A DNA stretch of 64,000 nucleotides from a virus: the IMG/VR virus record IMGVR_UViG_3300034044_000040, positions 1 through 64,000 of that record; one strand, written 5' to 3'. Made by a program: the position numbers and the translations under genes. Of this stretch, positions 57,117 through 64,000 are shown one piece after another; the stretch's first letter is position 1, and the number at the start of each line of letters is the position of its first letter. The notes below the pieces were generated by a model. It was given only the letters and a program-made list of their open reading frames with translations. It made no database searches and was not told the origin of the DNA.

Positions 57117-58062
57117 AGGATTGATTGGCGCGGCGCGGGGTGAGGCTCATGTTGAAAACATTCCAGCGTCAAATGACGGTGCCTCCATCCTAAACCCTCA
57201 CACCGAGGAGCCGGGACTGGTGGAGAATTATGTTCTGGGATTTCTTGACCGGTACGACACCAGACCAGAGCGCTCACGAGACGCCGGGACAGACGGGTAT
57301 ATGCACGTGTCGTCCCTGATAAATATGTCCTGCCAGCGGCGCTCGGTCCTGATGCAGATACATGGTACTGAGCACTGGGAAAATGTATCAGGTGGGCACA
57401 GAATAATGTGGGCACAGGGGCGCGCCACGGAGGATCATATTCGTAAGGGCGTCATAGCCAGCCGGGAGGGCAAGGGAATTTACGGATCATGGAAGTGCAA
57501 GTGCGGACATGCTGAGCATCTGGGGGATATGCCAAACAAAAAACACGTATGTGCGAAATGTGAACACCCGCTCACGGTGTACCATGAACCGGTGCTATTT
57601 GATGATGATTACATGCTCACGGGATCGCCTGATCTTACCCTCATACTTCCGCAAGATTATCTTCTGGTCAATGAAATCAAGTCCATGACACCTGACATGT
57701 TCGACGATCTCACGCAGCCGGTACCTGATCACGTGGCGCAGGTGCTGATGTATCGTGAAATGTTGCGCAGGAAGGGGTTCAAGGTGCACACCCACGCGGT
57801 CATTATCTATGGCAGAAAGCAATTCAAGTGGGGCGGCGCGTTCAACAAGAACAAGAATAATCGGGTGTATAAGGAATACCATGTTGACGCCACCACTCCG
57901 GCGAGCCAAGCCACGGTCGCAGCGTGCTATGCCACCGCAGAGACGATAAAACGGCACACCGCAGCCCGCGCGGTGCCCCCACGCGAACGCTGTATTTCAA
58001 GTGATAGCACGCTCGCGAAGAAGTGCCCCGTAGCACATATTTGTTTCAATTTGAGGGAATAA
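57103..58062 (+). CDS. Cas4/PD-(D/E)xK-like exonuclease
   Basis: HVSSL...C.R, G...EDH, WKCKC, GSPD, EIKS, QVLMY, C...CP...C. Confidence 0.75.
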   Translation: MGLLKGLIGAARGEAHVENIPASNDGASILNPHTEEPGLVENYVLGFLDRYDTRPERSRDAGTDGYMHVSSLINMSCQRRSVLMQIHGTEHWENVSGGHRIMWAQGRATEDHIRKGVIASREGKGIYGSWKCKCGHAEHLGDMPNKKHVCAKCEHPLTVYHEPVLFDDDYMLTGSPDLTLILPQDYLLVNEIKSMTPDMFDDLTQPVPDHVAQVLMYREMLRRKGFKVHTHAVIIYGRKQFKWGGAFNKNKNNRVYKEYHVDATTPASQATVAACYATAETIKRHTAARAVPPRERCISSDSTLAKKCPVAHICFNLRE

Positions 58063-58064
58063 CC

Positions 58065-58655
58065 ATGCAGATCAGAGATAGAGCCTCCCCGGCCCGCGCC
58101 ATTTTTTTGGAGGGTGCAACCCGTTGCACGCATGTCACCAATCCGCATCCCGTGTTAGGTATAGACGCTTCCGCCAGCAAAATAGGTTTTGCCGTTGCAT
58201 GGGATGGGTACATCAAAACATGGCTGTACAAGCCGAAAGGAACTGGCGTGGTCAGAATTGATGAGCACTACAGGAACATCAAGGAAGTGGTTGATCTTTA
58301 TGACATCCGCACGGCAGCGATAGAGGGATATTCCTTCGGGTCGCGCGCCAGTCAGGCGCACACCACGGGTGAATGTGGTGGGGCCGTGAAACTCGGCTTG
58401 CGGCACAAAGGGGTGCAGCTGATTTTGGTATCACCAAACACCTTGAAAATGTATGTCACATCGAAGGGAAACAGCCCGAAGAACGCGATACCCCTTGGCC
58501 TCTATAAATTATGGGGGCTTGACATCACGCAGGAAGATGAGGCTGACGCCGCCGGGATCGCCATGCTCGGGGCCGCGTATTATCACGCTGACGCATTCAC
58601 CCTTTTGAAATATCAGCAAAAAGCCATGAAAGGGGTCAATCCGGTGAACGACTAG
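58065..58655 (+). CDS. ruvC: RuvC-like Holliday junction resolvase
   Basis: LGIDAS...GFA, IEGYSF, GE.GG, P..LKMYV...GN..K, DEADA. Confidence 0.85.
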   Translation: MQIRDRASPARAIFLEGATRCTHVTNPHPVLGIDASASKIGFAVAWDGYIKTWLYKPKGTGVVRIDEHYRNIKEVVDLYDIRTAAIEGYSFGSRASQAHTTGECGGAVKLGLRHKGVQLILVSPNTLKMYVTSKGNSPKNAIPLGLYKLWGLDITQEDEADAAGIAMLGAAYYHADAFTLLKYQQKAMKGVNPVND

Positions 58656-58697
58656 CGAGGATATACAGTGCAGCGTGCAACCCGTTGCAATTTTCTC

Positions 58698-58725
58698 TTG
58701 CATATAATCGTGGTTGTGGTATTGT
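58698..58725 (+). promoter_or_regulatory. Early promoter, family copy 8 (abuts palindrome 58676)
   Basis: TTGCAT-ataatcgtggttgtgg-TATTGT. Confidence 0.8.
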
Positions 58726-58796
58726 ATGCATAGTGCAGGGGGGCATGAGCGCCATCGTGTACATCATCAACAATGTAAAGTCAGGAGACACACACA

Positions 58797-60137
58797 ATGA
58801 CATCTAACACGCAGAACATCAAAGTCGGAATGATCGCCACGTTCGGTGGATATTCCGATCTGGAGGAAGGAATGGAAGCCATCCTTCCAGAGGGGCAGCG
58901 TATCGTCATCGCGGACATCAAACCAAACGGTGCCGGGTACACGGTCGTCGCCATCAACGAAGAGGGCCAGCGGCTGAACGCCGATGGTGAGGTATGGAAA
59001 GAGGGCGATGCTGTGCTTGGGGACACCCTTTTCCCCTCAGAAATTCTTGACATCGAAGACCCCACACCTACCCCGGCTGAAGCAGACACAACGGAAGCTG
59101 CCCCGGAAACTGAAGCCGCCGCACCTGCGGAAGTCTTCGAAGATGATTTCACCGCAGCCGCAGTCAAAAAAATGACCGGGCCTCAACTCGTGGACATCGC
59201 GAGCCGATATGGCGTTGCAGTCCCCGATGGGTTTGCAAAAATGCTGGTCAAAAACAAGCGCGACGTGATCCTTGCATGGCTGGCGGAACAGGAAGCCAAA
59301 GAAGACGCAGACGAAACCGCCACCGATGAAGCGGAAACACCTGAAACTGAAGCCCCAGATACTGAGGTGGTTTCTACCATGCCCGATATGGTGCCAGCCA
59401 CCGCACCTGTCACCGCCGTGTCTGATATGGATCGGGTCAACGAACTGACTGCGGAAAAGGATGCAGTGCAGGCCGTGAAAGACCTGATTTCTCAGGAAAA
59501 CCGCATCCTCTATGATCAGGGGTGCTTGCTGACCTATATCAACGAAACCGGCATGTACAAATCATACGGCTTCGAAGGCAAGAAAGGGTTCGAAGATTTC
59601 TGCGAGAAATATCTCGACATCAAATATCGCAAGGCGCGGTACCTGATCGACATTTTCCAGACGTTCAAACAGATCGGCATCAACGTGGCCAGTCTGGATG
59701 CAATCGGCTGGTCGAAAGCGGCTGTTTTGGCCCGTATCCCGGTTGATCAGCTGGAGGCAAACATCGAAAGCCTGCTGGCGCTGGCCCAGTCAGAAACCCG
59801 TGATGCGCTGATCGAGCACGTCAAGGAAAACTACGAGATTGCCACCCGCGCCGATACCGTGAAGGCTACCACCTTCCGGTTCAAGGTGTTGGAAGCTGAT
59901 GCGGACGTGGTTACCGCTGCCCTCGATCACGCCAAGACCTTGGTGGAAGACGGCGACCTGAACAAAGCGTTTGTGCACATGTGCGGGGACTGGATGAACA
60001 ACGCGGAGGGTACCGATCTTGATATGGATACCTTCTTTGATCTGGCCATCGCTCGGTTCGGCGCGGACGCCCTCATGGTCAAACTGGACGCGCTTTCGGC
60101 GGAGCCTGCGGAAGAAACTCAGGCAGAGGCCGGATGA
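58797..60137 (+). CDS. acidic protein with putative HTH (DUF3102-like) domain
   Basis: LTYI....YKSYG...FEDFCEKYLDIKYRKARYLIDI...IGWSKA; strong codon bias. Confidence 0.7.
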   Translation: MTSNTQNIKVGMIATFGGYSDLEEGMEAILPEGQRIVIADIKPNGAGYTVVAINEEGQRLNADGEVWKEGDAVLGDTLFPSEILDIEDPTPTPAEADTTEAAPETEAAAPAEVFEDDFTAAAVKKMTGPQLVDIASRYGVAVPDGFAKMLVKNKRDVILAWLAEQEAKEDADETATDEAETPETEAPDTEVVSTMPDMVPATAPVTAVSDMDRVNELTAEKDAVQAVKDLISQENRILYDQGCLLTYINETGMYKSYGFEGKKGFEDFCEKYLDIKYRKARYLIDIFQTFKQIGINVASLDAIGWSKAAVLARIPVDQLEANIESLLALAQSETRDALIEHVKENYEIATRADTVKATTFRFKVLEADADVVTAALDHAKTLVEDGDLNKAFVHMCGDWMNNAEGTDLDMDTFFDLAIARFGADALMVKLDALSAEPAEETQAEAG

Positions 60138-60181
60138 TATAGGGTCGGGAGGGAGACCTCCTGACCTCCCTTCCGATCCAA

Positions 60182-60217
60182 GGCCCCATGTGCGCGAGTG
60201 TGTGGGGTCATTTTTTT
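60182..60217 (+). terminator. rho-independent terminator
   Basis: GGCCCCATGTGC-GCGA-GTGTGTGGGGTC plus T-run; a second hairpin at 60142-60179. Confidence 0.65.
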
Positions 60218-60257
60218 CAAACACATGGACTTTTTTTCAAAAACATGAACTTTTTTC

Positions 60258-60285
60258 TTGCAAACAATCGTGGGTGTGGTATTCT
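60258..60285 (+). promoter_or_regulatory. Early promoter, family copy 9
   Basis: TTGCAA-acaatcgtgggtgtgg-TATTCT. Confidence 0.8.
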
Positions 60286-60321
60286 ATATATGTCAGATAG
60301 AGAAACTTAGGAGACAGACCA

Positions 60322-60507
60322 ATGAAATATTTATCACAACTCGCGCAGATCGACATGCAGATCACGGAAGCACAGAAGATCATCGCATACGGCATGATGG
60401 ATATGCACCAACTGGATCGCCTGCGGGGCCAGCTGGAGCACCTGAAAAGGACCAAGCGCAGACTTCAGAAGCAGATCAAGCGCCAGTATCGGGGGGCATT
60501 CTCATGA
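60322..60507 (+). CDS. small coiled-coil early protein
   Basis: AGGAG RBS behind promoter copy 9. Confidence 0.65.
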   Translation: MKYLSQLAQIDMQITEAQKIIAYGMMDMHQLDRLRGQLEHLKRTKRRLQKQIKRQYRGAFS

Positions 60508-60770
60508 ACCCGCTACAAGCCGCAAAACTGATCGCCGAACAGGTCGATAGTAATGACCACACAGGGGCAGTTATCACACTGGCGAAGGCAACCTTGCACA
60601 GTCAGACTGAGCTTCAGGCCCTGAGCCGCATTCAAGCGCAACACGAGCGCCTTGGCTACCTGCCAGAGCACGCAATCCACGAGCGCAACCAGATACAATC
60701 CCGGTTGCTGGAGCGCATCGGGCGGCAGCTGATCCGCAAGGATTACGAAATGATAAGGATGGCCTTCTGA
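60504..60770 (+). CDS. hypothetical protein
   Basis: ATGA overlap with the upstream gene. Confidence 0.6.
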   Translation: MNPLQAAKLIAEQVDSNDHTGAVITLAKATLHSQTELQALSRIQAQHERLGYLPEHAIHERNQIQSRLLERIGRQLIRKDYEMIRMAF

Positions 60771-61465
60771 TGAAACCTAGAATTATCACAGAGCATGTGT
60801 GCCCTCCGGGGCCACTTCGCTCATTTGACTGGAGCGCGTGGTGGAACGGCGATGATAACTCATCCTTAGAAGGCCACGGTGTCACCGAGGAGGGGGCCGT
60901 GATTGACCTCCTCATCATGTCCGCCGCCAATGAGCATGACATCGAGCAAGAGGTGCTGGTGGAAATGGCATTTGAACAATGGAAGGCTGAGAACGAGAAG
61001 ACCGAGAAATCCGATCTTGCGGCAGTCGTCAAGCCGATGGAGTGGGTCGAAGACCTTAAAGGGCTTTATTGCGTGACCGACGTTGGACGGTATGATGTAT
61101 TCAAATGCTCTGGAGGTAAGTGGCGCTGGCACGTGGGGTATGATAGCAACAGAACCGGGCTGGAAGATACTGAAACACTGGCTAAGGCGGCAGCACAGGC
61201 GGATTTCGATAAGCGCTATCTTGAAAAAATCACCATCCGCCCCGCACATGAGGTAGCAGCCGAGGCCAGAGAGGCGGCGCTGCGGGAAGCGTTCGATAAA
61301 CTATCTGAAATAATCGCAAACGAGGATAGCGACGGGATCAGCGCCGAAGGCAATTATTCAGAATCAGTCATGGAGAACCAGAGAAAATTTCTTGATGGCA
61401 TCAGCCGGGCAAGGCTTGCGGTTTACGCCCTATTCACACCCACAAAGGAGCCGACCGATGACTAA
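60770..61465 (+). CDS. hypothetical protein
   Basis: TGATG coupling; PP.P.RSFDWSA and AKAAAQADF segments typical of phage early proteins. Confidence 0.65.
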   Translation: MKPRIITEHVCPPGPLRSFDWSAWWNGDDNSSLEGHGVTEEGAVIDLLIMSAANEHDIEQEVLVEMAFEQWKAENEKTEKSDLAAVVKPMEWVEDLKGLYCVTDVGRYDVFKCSGGKWRWHVGYDSNRTGLEDTETLAKAAAQADFDKRYLEKITIRPAHEVAAEAREAALREAFDKLSEIIANEDSDGISAEGNYSESVMENQRKFLDGISRARLAVYALFTPTKEPTDD

Positions 61466-61736
61466 ACCAGATGGGCAGAACGATGAAATGAGCGGGGCTT
61501 TAAATGCGCTTATGGATTACGAGCAAGCTGACGCGGATGGCGTAATGGTACTCGTCTCAAGGCAGGCCATTCATGAAGTTGTTGCCGAATACAAGGTTCT
61601 CACCTCCAAGTTGGATGACCTGCGACCTCTGCTGGCGGTTGCCACTGAAGTCTCATTGTACGGTGCAAACGTAGCACGACTACGGAAACTCGATGAACTG
61701 ATATCTGGGTTGTATAAGGGGAAGTCAAATGGCTGA
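61458..61736 (+). CDS. hypothetical protein
   Basis: AAGGAG RBS; overlapping chain of ORFs. Confidence 0.6.
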   Translation: MTKPDGQNDEMSGALNALMDYEQADADGVMVLVSRQAIHEVVAEYKVLTSKLDDLRPLLAVATEVSLYGANVARLRKLDELISGLYKGKSNG

Positions 61737-62010
61737 TAAATTACCTGACCGCATGTACATTTCGCCACATAATTCAGGGGCTGTCGGTGGAAATTGGCAC
61801 AACGCCAGCACGATACCGATCCGGGGGCTGGTGAAGTACATCCGGGCTTCCATGATGCTCGTCTTAGACAGTGACGAAATCACCGCTCTGCGTGCCGAGA
61901 ATGAACGGCTGCGGAAGGCGTTGGACGAAATAGCGTGCAACCATCACTCGCGCAATTTGCTATGGTGGCAGATGGCCGCCCGCGCCGCCCTATCGGAGAC
62001 AGAAACATGA
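61729..62010 (+). CDS. hypothetical protein
   Basis: AAGGGG RBS; LRAENERLRKAL...ARAAL coiled coil. Confidence 0.6.
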   Translation: MADKLPDRMYISPHNSGAVGGNWHNASTIPIRGLVKYIRASMMLVLDSDEITALRAENERLRKALDEIACNHHSRNLLWWQMAARAALSETET

Positions 62011-62267
62011 ACAGAGAAACAAAACCCTCGCGCCCAGAATGCGCATGGGGGATAAAAATGAAATATTACAACTGCGACGAATGGTTTCTGTGGGCAAGAG
62101 TGTTCACGTACCGGCGAGACGCTATAGATTATTATAACCGATTCCAAGGCGACCCGAATGCATACCGACGTGAGAGAAGGCGCGGAATTGTGAAGGCAGT
62201 GCGCGTGACGATTTCGGAGACAGAAACCACCCCGGCCAATAACGGCCAAACCAAAGAAGGAAACTGA
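62007..62267 (+). CDS. hypothetical protein
   Basis: GGAG RBS; ATGA overlap. Confidence 0.55.
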   Translation: MNRETKPSRPECAWGIKMKYYNCDEWFLWARVFTYRRDAIDYYNRFQGDPNAYRRERRRGIVKAVRVTISETETTPANNGQTKEGN

Positions 62268-62268
62268 A

Positions 62269-63015
62269 ATGAAATTCATCAAAAAATATATCGTCTATAT
62301 CGTGGCGGCGCTTTCCGCCCTTGTGGCTCTTGCCATTTACACGGGATCGGCCAAGGCGGGTAGCATCACCACGACTATCCTAGACTCCGTGGTGATTGCA
62401 CCACAAAAATCCGATCCATGGACAGGCCCCCTGATCGGCGCGGGCGCAGGCGTCCTGCACTCGACACAGAAAATCAGGACACCGACGGTGACTGATCTGC
62501 CTCCGGGTGATTATGACCTGCCACCAGAACTCGTGGGTAATCCTGATTTGAACACCCTACCAAGCTGTCGCGGCTTTTCACGGGACTGTGCTTCCCGGCG
62601 TAACGGTGCCGGTGATATCACCCAGACATGGCTTACCGATGGGATGGCGCTGCAAACTGGCACGCACACCACGAAGCGGAGCCGCACGGATGCTGCGGGC
62701 ACGGCATACCTCGGATACCGGCACAATTTCTACCCCGTGGTGATCGGTGCCGTGGGATCGGCGACTTACAACTTTGGAAATGATGCGTGGCTGTTCAATG
62801 CAGAAGCACAGGCTGGCGTTGGCTACGGGAAAACACTGATCTATGCCCTCGCGGGGCCGAGCAGCTACGACAAGAAACGTGGATACGTCGCGGGTCTTGG
62901 CGTTGACAGGATGATCACCACCAAAATGGGCGTGAGCGCGAAATATTACCACGGTGAATATGGTCACGGTAAATCACTTGACTATGGCCTGCTATCGGTG
63001 TTCTTTAATCTCTGA
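62269..63015 (+). CDS. outer-membrane beta-barrel protein (Omp25/RopB-like)
   Basis: Signal peptide (SAKA|G), PWTG..IG, alternating beta-strands, aromatic C-terminal strand. Confidence 0.7.
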   Translation: MKFIKKYIVYIVAALSALVALAIYTGSAKAGSITTTILDSVVIAPQKSDPWTGPLIGAGAGVLHSTQKIRTPTVTDLPPGDYDLPPELVGNPDLNTLPSCRGFSRDCASRRNGAGDITQTWLTDGMALQTGTHTTKRSRTDAAGTAYLGYRHNFYPVVIGAVGSATYNFGNDAWLFNAEAQAGVGYGKTLIYALAGPSSYDKKRGYVAGLGVDRMITTKMGVSAKYYHGEYGHGKSLDYGLLSVFFNL

Positions 63016-63043
63016 CATCCTCGTCACATAGTTGCCTCCAACT

Positions 63044-63080
63044 GCCCGTCACCCTTCTGTTCCGGTGACGGGCTTTTTTT
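63044..63080 (+). terminator. rho-independent terminator
   Basis: GCCCGTCACC...GGTGACGGGC followed by T7. Confidence 0.85.
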
Positions 63081-63112
63081 GTAAATTATTTGCAACCCGT
63101 TGCATTTTTTCC

Positions 63113-63140
63113 TTGCAAACAATCGTGGGTGTGGTATTCT
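63113..63140 (+). promoter_or_regulatory. Early promoter, family copy 10 (abuts palindrome 63091)
   Basis: TTGCAA-acaatcgtgggtgtgg-TATTCT. Confidence 0.8.
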
Positions 63141-63171
63141 ATAGAGGTCAGATAGAGAAAGGAACGGACCC

Positions 63172-63597
63172 ATGAAATACCGCATTTACCAAATATGCCT
63201 GAGCACAGCAGACGCCGCACTGATCAACGACAAGGGCTGGTGTGGTTCAGAGCTTGCACATTCATACGCCAAGGTAACCATGCTCATGAGCGACGAGGCC
63301 ATGGAGAAGGTGGAAGAGCACATCAGCACATTGTGTGACCTCGGCAAATACGCGCACGTCGCAGATATCGAAGCGGAGACGCTGGACGACGTGTTCCACA
63401 TCGGGAACATCGGAAATTGCGACCATTGCAACATCACCAAGCACGCACCCATGCAGAGCATATCTGTTGGCAACGTGATCATCGACGCTGAGGATCGGGC
63501 GCACCTGTGCTGCCCACTCGGATGGCTTGATCTCGATGAGCGTACACGCAACGCAGTGCTGGCATCCGCCATACTGCTCCAAGACAATGTAGAATGA
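63172..63597 (+). CDS. YodL-like domain protein
   Basis: YRIYQI...Y.HVADIEAETLDDVF..GN...MQSISVGNVI. Confidence 0.6.
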   Translation: MKYRIYQICLSTADAALINDKGWCGSELAHSYAKVTMLMSDEAMEKVEEHISTLCDLGKYAHVADIEAETLDDVFHIGNIGNCDHCNITKHAPMQSISVGNVIIDAEDRAHLCCPLGWLDLDERTRNAVLASAILLQDNVE

Positions 63598-63610
63598 GGA
63601 GGGACTGAAA

Positions 63611-63859
63611 ATGGCTACTACAAACCCATTTATCGGATACGACACACTGCGGCTGGAAGTGCAGGCGGGGGTATATTACGCGGATATCACGCACCCATCC
63701 TGCAACATGCGCCTGATCCTCGGGGACGCGGATGCAGTTGCGAGCGTATTTGACGCCAATAAAGTGCAGCACTTCACATACGGTGACGACCTCGTGCTGA
63801 ACTCCGGGAAATTCGACGAACTGATGGTCGCTTTCCGCAAGAGGAGTGTCCTAGTATGA
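63611..63859 (+). CDS. hypothetical protein
   Basis: GGAGGG RBS. Confidence 0.55.
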   Translation: MATTNPFIGYDTLRLEVQAGVYYADITHPSCNMRLILGDADAVASVFDANKVQHFTYGDDLVLNSGKFDELMVAFRKRSVLV

Positions 63860-64000
63860 TACGCACATGGATGGATCACCTGAAGCCGGGGGAACGCCCC
63901 CTCGGTGAGGGGCGGCTTGCATGGTGTGCCTCACGATCAAGTGGGGGACACGTCGTCAAGATTGTCACGGGCAAGAGCACGCGCGAAGCAGCAATTTTAG

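Larger units (their letters stand above)
143..63104. repeat. Dispersed 14-bp palindrome TGCAAC-NN-GTTGCA, 21 exact copies
   Basis: Read directly at 143, 2593, 2603, 7999, 8793, 11718, 14861, 16074, 19460, 21738, 29395, 32555, 36871, 39252, 43134, 44095, 50316, 53176, 58115, 58676, 63091; one-mismatch copies at 5014 and 36881. Confidence 0.95.

Noticed and set aside
143-63104. Repeats as a CRISPR array or REP/IS ends
   Set aside because: They are 14-bp dispersed sites with no regular spacers and no transposase; the Cas4-like gene sits in a recombination operon without other cas genes.
1-64000. tRNA/rRNA genes and minus-strand CDSs from the ORF track
   Set aside because: No cloverleaf or T-loop signature seen in the intergenic gaps; the minus-strand ORFs almost all overlap better-supported plus-strand genes and show no recognisable motifs.

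Overview
This window is 64 kb of a tailed dsDNA phage genome (siphovirus-type, apparently lytic), with essentially all genes on the + strand. The host is very likely an alphaproteobacterium (Rhodobacteraceae-like), judged from the GTA g12-g15-type tail-tip genes, a DUF6127-like gene, a CtrA-like winged helix and an Omp25-like barrel. Gene order: early/accessory genes with dUTPase and ThyX (0.2-11.8 kb); head and tail genes (11.9-36.5 kb; PBSX-type portal, MuF, XkdF-like protease, capsid, tail tube, G/GT frameshift, tape measure, tail tip, fibres); dNMP kinase and lysis genes (36.5-39.2 kb); an AAA-ATPase/DUF1257/DUF2997-like module (39.5-43.1 kb); replication and recombination genes (43.4-58.7 kb; initiator with iterons, DnaC-like, DnaB, UDG-PolA fusion, primase, SSB, SF2 helicase, RecA, nucleases); then more early genes. 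No terminase, integrase, tRNA or CRISPR array was seen. Main unexplained signals: (1) 21 exact copies of the palindrome TGCAAC-NN-GTTGCA spread through the window, including inside genes; (2) ten promoters sharing a conserved spacer; (3) a short [IV]RxR[TA]P peptide motif at the termini of unrelated proteins; (4) the AAA module; (5) strong avoidance of RGATCY and GANTC. Family calls come from recognising motifs by eye, not from database searches.
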